Assembly (NCBI GenBank): GCA_976226885.1
Contig: OZ320314.1
Span: 51,274,001-51,338,000, forward strand
Source: Iphione sp. A-MEVVRFRX5
Lineage: Eukaryota
Length of the DNA: 64,000 bases
Direction: 5' to 3'
Positions 22,607 through 35,800 of the stretch are shown piece by piece. The notes beneath the pieces are model-generated. The model ran no database searches, was not told the DNA's origin, and worked only from the letters and a program-made list of their open reading frames with translations. Position numbers and translations under genes: made by a program. Within the stretch, counting starts at the first letter, position 1, and every line of letters begins with the position of its first letter.

Positions 22607-23563
22607 TAGATATCAAGATATTGGTTCCCAGCTAAAATGGTCTTAAATTGATTTTGGTCTAAAAACTCGCTGTGGTCGTAAATAGCGTTTTGCCTGTACA
22701 TGAACATCATAAGGTGGACAGCTCAAATCCACATAATCGTTCTCAAACTCACATAATCAAAGGAAAGAACGGATTAATCTTTTTTATTGCTCGAGATGAA
22801 ATACACACCGAAGTAATATAGGGTAAAAAAAACCTTAATGTTTTTTTTTCAAATTGGCAAAAAATGCATCCCCTCATGTAATGGACAACAGATACTTTAC
22901 CCTTTGTGCAATTTTTTATGGCAATTTGTATCTCCAATCAGTCGTAAAATTCCACGCCGAATACTCTCCAAAAGGTCCAATTTTATACCAGGACAACTTT
23001 ACACTCCTGCTATCTTAATGTGTTCTCTGTTTTATTTTGCCCTGTAACCTGTTGGCACGTCTATATTTAGAGCTGTAGGACAGGCACCTGGAAAGTGCAA
23101 GCTGGCTGTGAGCCTAAATACCGACTGGGGTGCTTACGGGAACGTAAATGTACCCCTTCCGTTTGTTACAGCCATGCCTCTAAACCCATGGTGATGTATT
23201 GATCTCCTCACAGGAACTGTGGTGGGCAACAGTTGGGGTGCCATGGCAGATTTTAGCCTAGTTGCTTAGGGAAGCGCACACAGCTACATCAAAGCGTAAC
23301 AAATACTTCTCTTATAGTTTTTACAAACAAATTGTCAAATGTATGATCATCCTGATTGATGAGTCAGTAGAAGGGTGTGTGTGAATACCTATCGGTACTG
23401 CAGAAACTGTTGAGGGGTTTGTTATTTGGCATAGGCGGGGACTACGTAGGCTGGGAAAGGGAACAGCTGGTCCCTGTTTTGAGAGACCTGGAATGCTATT
23501 CCTGATATGGTTGTGGAGTAGAGTGTGACGATTCCAAGATCTATTTGGCTTTAGGTCGAGGTA

Positions 23564-23564
<1 letters not shown>

Positions 23565-23631
<67 letters not shown>

Positions 23632-23930
23632 GAGAGGGAGAGAGGAAAAGGAGCTGGGTACACGACAGATAGAGAGAGGAGACAAAAAGAGATAGAGGGG
23701 CGCAGGTTAAACTGCAAAAGATTACAGTAAAAAGCAAATAGAACGAGTAGAGGAACCAGGGATGAGGGAAGGGTTCGAGAAAGAAGCAGGAAGAAAACGA
23801 AATAGAGATAATAGGGGGCAGCGATAAGAGAAACTGGAAGCCACAGTGGTGATAGCGAACAGGACGATGAAGGGTGAAGGGAATGGTGCGGATAAAGAGA
23901 GCGCGAGATCGCCACAAAGGTAGATACGAT

Positions 23931-24003
<73 letters not shown>
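23565..24003. repeat. Two (GA)n microsatellites (about 23565-23628 and 23930-24003)
   Basis: Read directly. Confidence 0.95.
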
Positions 24004-24006
<3 letters not shown>

Positions 24007-24763
24007 TATAAACACGTTAAGGTGCACCCTACATCGCAGGACGAGCTCGAATGATACTAAACCCTTCTTCCTCACTAGAATCTGATATCTACCAATAGGC
24101 GCGTGCGCTCTTGGCGCGGTGTGAGCGCGGGATCATTAGCTGTAGACAAACAAGCTGCTACTACAAATACTCTAGTAAACACACGAAAAGTACACTTAGT
24201 GGGTGCAGCTCTCTTGGAGTCTGTTATAACAGTTCTCGGGGGGGGAGGGAAGTGCGTGAACAACAAATAGTTTATTCATCAAACTGAGTACCAAAAGTCT
24301 GAAGGCAAAGTTGCCGTCCGTTGGGTTGCCTAGATCGTCATCATTTGATTGCTCGATGATTTGCTGATTCATCACATTTCCAGATGATGGTCCTTTTTTC
24401 AAACTTGGAACATGTAAAATTGTGGTGATTGGTACTCTGTTTTCCGTATTTGCTATACGACATGGCATACAACATGTTTCTTTTGGTGATGATATTCTTT
24501 TTTGTTGTAGAAAAAGCGAGATGTGTGCAAGTCTGAGTATTTTTGTTTTGTGGGTTTATTTGGATGGTGCTAAGTGAATTAAAGAGCCCCTAGTCGAGTG
24601 TGAATTTAAGCTGGGTAAGCAGCACTGATGGATCAGGTAGAGCCACAGGCGGACCGCAGCTGCGATCGATCAACCCTGCGGATCCCCAGCCTGTAGCTAA
24701 GCGTGCCTGCAGGTGTGCGGCCAGGGAGGATGGGAGGATCGCTGGACACTAACCCAGGAGAAG

Positions 24764-25096
24764 ATGCCCGCCACTCAGCAGACACCTCATCTGTCCCCTT
24801 GGTCATCATCACCCCAACTCCACCGGTCGTTGTTCAGAGTTACCGCCTCCCTCCTGCTCCTGCTAACGTGCCCGTCGTCCTCCGTCTCTGAGACGACAGT
24901 GGCCGCTACCGTGGAGCCAGGACTGTGCTACTGCCCGTGTAATGTTTCCGGATCTCTCGGATCTACGGATGGTATGATGCCTCCCCCTACGGTGGAGGTC
25001 AAGGAGGAGGTCAGGCCAGACCCGGGGACGGATCCTGGGACGGACCCCACCTATGTGGGCGACATACCTGACAGAACAGCACGCAACCCCTTTGCG
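24764..25096 (+). other. Possible orphan coding exon (hydrophobic segment, CYCPC, PDPGT repeats)
   Basis: ATG in aagATG context, 111 open codons, donor GCG|GTGAGT in phase 0. No homology recognised. Confidence 0.25.
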
Positions 25097-28000
25097 GTGA
25101 GTACACATTGCTGCAGCACTCAACCAACTTTTCACTTGCATATATCCTGCCCCTCCGGCCGCCCTCCCATACCCAATCTACATAGCAAAGTCTACAAAGT
25201 AAAGTTCTTCACGAAGCAGCAACTCACTCATACCTAATCCCCAACACCTCTGAAATTACGCTAGTAATCTCCCACCTCCAGGACCCCCTCTCACGCAACT
25301 CAGATTCTCATTCATGGCTCCACCAACGCTATACTATGTCCCTCACTGAGGCAAACACTCACAGCCCACCCAGTCAAGACTAACATAGCCCGAAACTAAA
25401 GTTCTGCGTTCTACACATGAACCACTATCAATAACTGCCACTACCAAGTCCCCAATCCAACATAGGCTACCACCAGAAGCACCTACGTAGCCTGTGCCTC
25501 ACATAGACCATATACTAAGTCCCTCTCCTGCCAACTGGCTGATCTCATGGTAGGTTGACTACCTGTTACTTTTACTGATTCCTCCCATGACAGTGACTTC
25601 TGTATTCATACGCATGTTTGGAAATGTATCATCGATGATGGTTCTTTTAGTGACATAACGTTACCAACAGAATGTTACTGGTATACTAACAATTAACCGA
25701 TTCCCGCTTGGCATGAACAGCATTAAGACATTGTTTTGTTACGTGCCTACGATTGAACATTAGAGTGATGTGGATAAAGCATGAAGCATATGCCATCAGT
25801 ACCCACTTAACAAATTGTTGTACTGTCATATTGATTTTTTTTTTTTTACATTTTTCGGCTATCAGTCTACTACCTGGTCTCTCACCACTTCTATCAACTG
25901 CTACTTTCTAGTCACGGTCCCATACAGGCCAGCAACACCTAACACACAGGCGCTAGCAACCTAGGGCCACTATCCACACCCATTACATGTACATGTACAT
26001 GTACTACCAAGTTCCTCTCCAACACGGTCAACCCCTGCTAACACACGACTGAGTCCCGCCCCCCCCCCTCACGTGGGACACTACCAATACCCAAATGCCC
26101 ACCTGTCCCTCTTGATAGGGGGGACTCACAAGAAAGACGTTCGAATGGTTTGCTTCCCCTGTGTTAAGTGTAGACACTCCCTGTTCAAGTGGGGGACTGT
26201 TCACACATTACCGTGTACCGTTAGGATTAATCCCGCACCATCAGTAGGCTGTGTGTGTGTCAAACGCCAGGTCTTCTTTGCCCGCCGGTCGAAACCCCGA
26301 AAGAGATCATCCCAACTAAGGTATGGAGTCACGAGGCTACGGGTAAAAAATGATCAAGAATTCCCACTTAAAACATGTTAGACAGCGACCCACCGAGATA
26401 GAACACAAATGGAAAATGTACAGAAAGCAACATGGATGTTAGGCTGTTCGAATCTATCAACAAGCAGCAACAGGAATTCATAACGACCATCATATAACGG
26501 ATTCGAAGGGTAAAAGGTAGTGAAATAGTGAAGAACGAATAATTTTAGAGTGTCACATGAATTTATGCTTACCCACTCACTATAAATTGACAATGTAGTC
26601 CTAGAAGAGCTTGTTGTCTCCCCCCCGCGCGCCATTCCTGTCTCTCTTTTTCTCTGCCCGCATGCCAATACTGGTGTTGACGGAAGTGCCACAAAATAAG
26701 CGACAAAATTAAAGTGTGACAAAATGGCACTGTGGACGTGAGTACTGTCGCTAATGAGGGTGGTTCGAAAACAAAGACATTACACGATAATCCTTACGTA
26801 GCCCCTCCATGGGACAAGGCCTAGCCTAGGGCCCGTTGGTGACAGGGAGGGCTGCTTAAAGAGTAGGACTCCCCTGACTAGTAGTTCCCGGGGAATTAGG
26901 GCGGGAAAGTTTATCTAGCTTTAATCTTGGAAAGCCTCGATGTCAGCCATTCAGGGTGAGATGTACTCAGAAGGAAAGGTCACTAAATATTGACCTTAGA
27001 ATGTTGAGTAGGCCAACAGGCATTGCGGACCTAAAGTCAGCGGACGATCGATGTCTTTTTATTTTTGCATTGACTGGTGACAAGGTTGCATGTGTCACAT
27101 TTACCTGCAAAGAATGTATCTTAGAGACTTCTTGAAAGTGATATTCTTCATCTGCAGCACCATGCAGGTAAGTCCATGTACATGTAGCCGCATCAAATAC
27201 ACTGAAACATATACTTTGGGTTCCCTAGTAATGACCATAATACAATGTATATAACCTGGTGAAACTGAGGCCCTTTTTTCATGTCTGCAGAAATCACGCT
27301 TTCTTCGACGTATGCAATCCGACTTACAAAGTAGAACTGAGGTCACAGTTCAGAGAGACCATTTGTTTTATTCTATACGAAAACCAATGTTCGGAGGTCA
27401 CGTTAAGCAACTATCCGATGATTTCTACCAACTGTTGATGAGTAACCTCCTGGGCACGACCGATATGACATGCTGCAAAACGACGTTTCAGGGCTAAAAC
27501 ATGGCATCCTACAGATTGATATGTTCAGTGCTAATTGCTGAAAACTTTGCGTGCCAACCGTGTTAATTTGTTCTCTCGTTATCGCCCCCATTGGTCCAAA
27601 CAGACCAAAGGCTGCCTCCTGGACCAGAGTGTATGTATAGAGACAATGTATGGACGCATTCCTTCCTCAAAAGCAGCTGATGAACATATTACGTTCTGAT
27701 CCTGGATAGCCTCTTTCAAGCGTTCGTATTGTGATTGACCAGGTCCATGCTATTCAAATTTCCTCACATCACAAACAATTCCTCCTTTAATTATTTTTTT
27801 CTTATGCTGTTCTTTTGTATCGATCCTTTAAACTTACATTGTGATAATGATTCAGCTCTCGAATCGTCTTTTTTGTGTCACTTTAATGTATGTTTAATGT
27901 TTTCACTCCATTCATTCGATTAATCTGCTGTGCTTGCTACTTTCTTTTCCATCAATTATCACCGTCATTTATTTGACATGGCCTTTTATACTGTGCACAT

Positions 28001-29462
28001 GCCGCTGAAGGATCTTGCTTTAATCTATGAAGCGTAACGTTCTTAACAGTTGAACACTTGCTTATTTACTGGACAATCTTGTCCTTTGATTGCTTCCGTC
28101 TGATTGCAATAAAACGATTATTAAAATTATTTAGGAAAATAACTCGATTGAAACAGCTGGTAGTGAAAACGGGAACATGATCCGTTCTCGAGTAACATTG
28201 AAAACAGTATAAATGTAATATAAATGTAATATTCCAAACTGCTAAACCTTAACACTAACTAAAATCTTAAACGTTTCTTTATTCACCCCGTTGGTTTGCC
28301 TTTCCATTATTACGATATCCTCGGCCTACGGGTTATAGAAGACAGAAGTCGATGAAGAATCTAGGAGTGATGTGTTTATGCCATGTCACTACCATTAGAC
28401 ATATTTGGCATGGGTTTTAGTCGTAAATATAAATATTGTTAAATTTCTTGCACTTGCACCATTCTACACCGGATGAAACATTGATATCCAATACAAATGT
28501 TATGGCCAACATCGGAATGAGAGGAGCTGTGATGCGGTACGGAGCAGATGGGAATTAATATTTCAAGAATTCACAAAAAGGAGTTTATCATGTTGCTCCT
28601 GAAACAGGTGGGTCCCAGGAGGCCATCTCAGCATTGATCTTACTCACGCTGATGAGTCACCTTGATTCTAACCTGGAGTAGTTTCTAGCTGGCCCACCTG
28701 ATCCACCTGAAAACAATCTGACTCACAAGACCTGATGATCGATTCTTGTCACAAGCCGTTATTGGCCACTGTTAAAACAATTGTACATCTATGGGCACTA
28801 CAGAATGACGAGATAAAATGAGAAAATAAGGCCTTTTCACAACATGATATATTGCAATGTAACAACTATATAGACAGCTTTGATTCTGATTTCCGCTTTT
28901 GTACTCGCTCGGCTGATCTCAATAGCGTTTTATATCAGGAAATAGGTACCCTTTCTTCTCTCATTCCCATCAGTATATTATTTTTTTCGTTTTAATATTG
29001 CCCGGCCGAAGTAAAACGATGTGAAAAAAAAAATACAATCATGAATCTTGCAAGGGGGACGGACCTAATGTTAATGACTGAAACACTCTCTCGTGGCAGT
29101 AATATTTTCGCACTTCATATGCAATGATTCTGTTCCCCACCCCTTACAACTAATACGTGCGTATACAGGAACAGCCCACAATAGCCTGAAGCGCATATGT
29201 ACGTAGAAGCTTAATGTTTCCTATCATTTCATGTTAGTAAAGCGAGTCGTCCGGAGTCGAGGCTTTGTATGTATTCTTATGTGTGTACATGTACTTGCAT
29301 AATGACTGCTGCTTGCATTGTGTTGATTGATAGGCCTAATTAAGTGATTGGGGAGAAAACACCGTCTTTTGTCAAAATTGAATTTAAATGGGCAAAAAGG
29401 ATCGTAAATTGCGGATAGCAATTTCTTCGTTGTCTTGACAGTAAACTTTTTATCCTTTGGTC

Positions 29463-29600
29463 ATGATTTGGAATTTATATGGCACAGTAACCCCTCACTA
29501 TTACAACACTGCCTGGTTTAAACTGATCAAGCGTGCAGTAGCGAGGTGTTGGTATAGAGCGTTTTTTTGGTTAACGCTATATTTCTTTATTCTGTACCTA
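29463..29600 (+). CDS. Candidate signal-peptide exon of the vWA-MAM gene
   Basis: Open frame ending AFFWLTLYFFILYL, donor CTA|GTAAAT in phase 0; joins LAGAQ of the next exon to give a plausible AGA/Q cleavage site. Confidence 0.4.
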
Positions 29601-29863
29601 GTAAATGTGATTGAGAAAGTGAGCATTTTAGAACAATGAGGTGCTGAAATATTATCATTTATTATGAACTATGTAACTTTATTTAAGCAGGTATTATACA
29701 TAATTATACATGGTTTTGTGTTTGCAACCAGCTTTTCGTAAAGTATGTTAAATATAATAAGATAGTTATGGTTACTTATTTCGTTTGTCTCCAGAATGTT
29801 CAATTCAACTATTAAATTTACAATTAAGTAGACGTGTTTTGAGTGTGTTTTCGATGTTTCCAG

Positions 29864-32800
29864 TTGGCGGGTGCTCAGCGCGAGAACTGCATGGCCGACG
29901 TGGCCTTCGTCCTGGACGCCTCAGGCTCCGTTACCGCCGCGAACTGGGCGAAGATGCTTCAGTTCGTGCAGGACTTCGCCGCAAGGATCAACTTCGGCCT
30001 CGACAGCAATCGAATCGGAGTGGTTTCTTACGCCAACGAGGCCCGCCTGAACGTCAGGCTGAATGATTACGGCTCCCTGGGGGCCTTCCAGCAGGCTGTG
30101 GCCGGCATACAGTATCAGGAGACGAGCACGAACACTGCTAAGGGCATCAGGACCATGAGGAACGACCTCTTCAACCCAGTCGCTGGTAATGCATGCACTA
30201 ATTTATTTGTGCGTTTGAATTATTTAGTAAAAACCCAACCCAAACCTCCAGAGCATCAACATGTAGGGTAGGGACACGGCATGTACCAGCCGCTAGAGAG
30301 GTATAGGAGAACATTTCCCGCGCACTCAGAGTTATAGAGTGGGTGCTATTGTATACATGTATTTCGATGCAGCCTAGTTAATGTACTGGATTGTGCCTGA
30401 CAAGGAATCCAATGTTCTTGAAGGACAACAGCAGGACAGGGGTGGGCACCCAATGAAAAGTTGTCGCATATTTTAACCTCTGTATGGCAAAAAATTGTTT
30501 CAGCACTCCCTTTCCTATTATTCTCTTGCATTCTATTCATTTTATTATTCTTTTTAACCTCTGTTGTCGTATATTATAGTGTCTCCGTCGCACATTTTTT
30601 GCGACATAGTGACAGTTGCCCACCTCTGCTGGATATAGTGAAAGATGATCAAATTATACAGCATATCTACGTTCACTAGACCGAGACACCAATTTATCTA
30701 GAAGCGATGACACTTCACACTGTTTTAACACAGGATACTGTTGTAATACTGTAATGATTTAGCTTTAGCATTCTCCTCGACATGATTCTCACGCAGACTG
30801 AGACATCTCATGATTTTATTTCGAGTTTGTTCAACACAAGCTAGGTTGTCGATAAAGGTTATTCGAGAAAATAATAATCTTAGTTGTGTCGCTTCTGTCT
30901 GTTGAGGGGGAAATCGTTTTTTGTGTCAACCAACTCACATCTCCTATAACTGCTCGTTTCAGAAAAAAAGAGACTTGTTCCACCGTCTCTATACGGTTTT
31001 TCAGTCAACTCCAACTCCATTTGTGAGGTTCTACTGTTCGAAGAGCAGAAGAGAGTAAGTGAACAAAATGAGGACAAGAAATATCCAGGATGCAGCGATC
31101 AATGTGTCTAAAGGCAAGGAGTTAGGCCCGGTTTCCTTACCTGCGGTGAAGTGTGGCGAAGTGCAGGAGACGTCCGTGTGTGTCACCATGCGTTGATTTA
31201 TTTACCGCAGGGTAATGCAGCCTCCCGCAGAGGGGTGTCCTCATCACCCTGTGGGACAGTGCAGGAAATGATGGGACATTATGACAGGAAAATGTGAAAA
31301 ACGGCAAAAAAACGCCGAAAAACGGCAAATTTCATGGAATTTGGCCCGAAAAACGGCTTTTTTCATGGAAAACAGCCTGAAAAGCGACAAATTTCAAGGA
31401 AATTCAGCTGAAAAATGGCTTTTTTCATGGAAAACAGTCCAAAAAATGGCAAAAATGTGCGGGAAAATTCAGGAAAAAACGGCATTGTGCGGAAATGTGC
31501 GGTATCCACAGTCAAAAGTCAGTCAAATTCAGTCAAAGTCAGTCAAAATAAGGTTGGTGTCCGTCTGCAGCAAATTTATGGGAAGGGTTCGAAAACGGGC
31601 ACTGCAGGTCACCGCACCCGCAGGTCACCGCAGGTATGGAAACACTCTCACTGATAGACTATGTATGCCAATAATTATGTAATTCACTGCAGGTCACCAC
31701 ACCCGGACGGCACCACAGGTAAGGAAACTGGGCCTTAAATATGTGTAAAAAAATCAGGGTATTCACCTAAGTACTGTCATTGTTTGATCTGTGCTTGCAG
31801 GTGACCGACGAAGCTACCCTAACATTGCCATTGTGATGACCGATGGAGAGTCTATGATTGACCCGGAGGAGACTATTCCTGAGGCTGAGATCGCCAGGGA
31901 GCAAGGCATCATCATGTTTACTGTTGGCATTGGTAACCAACTGAAGCAGGAAGAGATAGAGGTAAGGATAGGGTATAGGGAGCAAAGTATCATCATGTTT
32001 ACTGTGGGCATTAGTAACCAACTGGAACAGGAAGAGACAGAGGTGAAGATAGGGTATAGGAAGTAAGGCATTGGACTACCCTGGGCATTGGTAAGCAACT
32101 GCATGAAGCAGGGAGAGATAGAGGTAAAGATAGGGTATAGGGAGCAAAGTATCATCATGTTTACTATGGGCATTAGTAACCAGCTGAAACAGGAAGAGGC
32201 AGAGGTGATGATAGGGTATAGGGAGCAAGGGAGTTGTCATGTTTACCCTGGGCATTGGAAAGCAACTGAAACAGGGAGAGATAGAGGTAAAGATACGGTC
32301 TGAAACAGGGATAGATAAAGGTAAGGATAGTGATAGGGAGGTCTTCATAGATAACGGGATTGTAGTCAGAGAGGAAAGGGGAAGAGGAAGCCCTTCTGCA
32401 GAGATAAGTATCGGAAATCAGGTAAAACGGGATATAAATACATGTACATCCATGTGTTGAATAATGTGTTTAACACATTGGTCCTTGAATCTGAGATTTA
32501 TCCACCGCCTGCTGCCGGTTAATATCACTGCTCAAACATCACAGTGCCTCAGCAGGTATACGGGCATGTAACATGTATTCCACGGTACCTATCGCTCTGT
32601 TTATAGAAAGTCGGCGGCAATGCCAATTGTTCAGTATATATACCTAATGCATACACTCAGAGGTGTAGGGCTTTGTTGTTCAGATTCCATCTATAGTCGG
32701 CATTGATGGCATTGTATAGGTGGTGTCCAGATCCCATTTTACTACTCTGTCATAGTGTGCGTGTTGTATTTGTAGGGTATTGCTAACGTCCCCAGCTCAC

Positions 32801-35800
32801 AGTTTGTTTACGAGGTCGAAGATTTCGACACACTCATCAACAGGGTGGATGACATTGTCAACGCTGCCTGTGACGTCAGCAGTAAGTAACAAACAAGGCC
32901 TATACTATAGTAACGTTTGTATTAAACCAATAATCTGTTTTTAAATCTCAGGCCACATCTGAATAGACACAGCCCTTATGTATATATTTGATAAACTATA
33001 TTCTCAAGAATAAATACAAACTGATAATCCTATCTTCGCTTTGTACTTGAAAAGGCAGGTTTTGCATTGGCAGCACTAAGTGTATCAGAACCTCATTGGA
33101 CCTTTGACTGAACTAGGTCTATCAGTGTCTCTCTGATAAAGAGCTCAACAATTTCACCTTTTCCAGCCTGCACCCGAAACGACATAGCCTTTGTGTTGGA
33201 CAGCTCAGGATCTATCGGAGAAGCCAACTGGGTGAAGGTGATCCAGTTTGTTGAGGAGTTTGTCAACAACCTTGCCATTGGACCAGAGGACAACCAGGTA
33301 GCTAGGGTTGTATTTTCTTAACTCACAAATACGTATCACAGAGACTTCATACACCGAAATACAGGAAATCATAGGGTCTAAGATATTGCTAGGAATAGCC
33401 CATTCTTAAGTGCAAACCACTGGCAATATTTGCAAATACATTCATGAGTATGGTATTTCATAAGAAGATATATTCTATGATCAGCCTCTGTATAAGCGGA
33501 ATTACTATTCCACTTATTATCATTTTTTTTCAACTGGTCGTTTTATCCTTTTCTCAGCAGCATAAATTTTACCGAAGGTTTATCACAGGTTTTGAATCGA
33601 CAGATACTTTGCATTATTATATACATGTACATGTACTGTCCAATCATAGTGTAGAGGTACGGAGTGGGTCAAATTATGACATTCTTTGATGAATCCTGAA
33701 ATCTTAAATAATAGCCATGAAAAAGAGTGTCTTAATGTGTACTCTGTAAATCAAAGGTAAGGGTTAATTTCCTTATGTGCAGGCTTTTATGGCCTTGTCA
33801 CCGTGTTTTCAGCATATATTTTGGGTCAATAAGAATAACAGCAGTACTGCTGCCATGTACATGTACACGTATACCATGTAGCATGTTTTTATGGCTGTGC
33901 CACTGTGTTGTTCGAATGGGACACGTCCACATTCTCATGATCTCACCGGTGTAAAAGAAGTGTAGGAAAAGAGGTCCTTTTCAGGTGTTGAGAGAGAGAA
34001 AACTGAACAGTTTGACACAATATGGCAATAAAAAAATATGTTTTTTGGGGGCCAATTTTCACCACAATTGCACCAGTTTTGTTGTTTTGTGATTACATAC
34101 AGTAGAACCTCTCTACTATGGACAGCAAAGGTACTGACCAAAAAGTGTCCATAAAGAGGGGTGTCCTTTATAGCAGTGATATTTAAACATGCTTAGATAC
34201 ATTTGGTTCTGTTTCCAGCCTGTCCATAGTAGGAAGTGTCCTTTATACAGGGTGTCCTTAGAAGAGGGATTCCACTGTATACAACAGTTTTGCCATTTTA
34301 AGGCCACATTTACACCTGTTTTACTTTTTTTTGCCTAATTAGCGTCAGTTTTGCCAATTTTTGCTGTAAATACATACACACAGTGACACAGTCTTGCGGT
34401 GTTTCCCAGTTTTCAAGGTGTGAATGTTTCATGGTGGCATGGCCGTAAAACCGCACACATGGAAATACACCCTTACCATGCACAAATGGGTATATGTATA
34501 TTTTTTATGCACCCATATTGCGTCCATTTGGTGGTAACCAGATCGTTGTTTTGAAGGTACCCTGGTCCATGGCTGTATTACTCAGGCGACAGGTACCATA
34601 ATGAATGAAGTTCTTAAGATACCAGATTATCTCTGTTAAAACAGACCTCCTAGATCAGAGGATGTCGCATTCGTATAGGCTCTCTCCTGTACATCAATAT
34701 TATTACAGCGCTTTGATACTGATCGATTGGCACGTCTTTCAGATCGGCATTGTAACGTACAGCTCACAGGCCGAGCTTCACATGCAGCTGGACCAGTTCC
34801 CGTCTCGCCAGGAGATGATGTCAACTATCCGGGGGCTGCCCTGGAAGAACCACCGCACCAACACCTCCGGGGCACTCCGCCTGATGCGACAGGCCGTCTT
34901 CCAGGAGCAATATGGCGACAGGAGGGACGCGCCCAACATCGCCATCGTCATGACAGACGGGTCAGGAACTTTTCATTGGAGCAAAGAAATATATTGTTAG
35001 GTTCTGCCATTGAAGACACAAGTCCAGTGTAAAAAATGTGAAATTTATCACTGAACGAGTAACAGCACAACACAACAAGAACGAGAACCTCCACAAGCCT
35101 GCCCTTACACACTCTCCTCAGCTACTTTCGCGTCCTTTAGCTACCCCCACGCCCTGCTAGCCCTCCATACTTCCAATCCCTCTGCTAATTCGCCTTGCTC
35201 TCACCTGATCACTCCACCCGACTAATCTCCCCACGGCCAACCTTCACTATTATCCTGTTGATGGGGAGGTAGGCTGTGGGGTCCTGCCTCTCACTTTTCT
35301 AGATGGAGCCAGAGTATTGTCACGTGAGCCTGTTTCGGAAGGTAATGGCCATAGCAAATAAATAATGTCCACACGAAAATATCTGATTCACTCCACATGC
35401 AGAACTCTGCTAGGTGTTACTATCTTGAAGTGCAATGAGACAATGTTCCTTTATTCAGTAAACATGTTCCTTATATATTAAGTTGGTTCTAAACATAGGC
35501 ACAATCAATCACAAAATTGTATAACAGAATCTATTTCCAAACAAAACTATATGACACTTATCTATTCCGGGCAACATCATTAGTTTCTTTTACACAATAT
35601 AGCTCTGATCCGGAGTCAGAGGATAAGTCGGAACAATTATTTCATAGTTCGCAAAACACAGCGAGTCAGAGACTCTTCCGGTCCGTAGATATTCCGACCA
35701 GGAGTGACATTTTATTACACTATCATGTCAACCCATCCCGCTTTTCACACATATAAAAGGTGTACACGATTGTAACGGGACCAACTTCTGCACCATCGTG

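Noticed and set aside
23321-24075. ORFs of 117-198 aa on the minus strand
   Set aside because: Produced by (GA)n microsatellites (SLSLSL/ERERER).
27990-28060. Penelope-like pseudo-LTR / degenerate hammerhead (ctgaagga...tgaagcg)
   Set aside because: Core bases are altered, there is no second copy, and no RT or GIY-YIG ORF is nearby.
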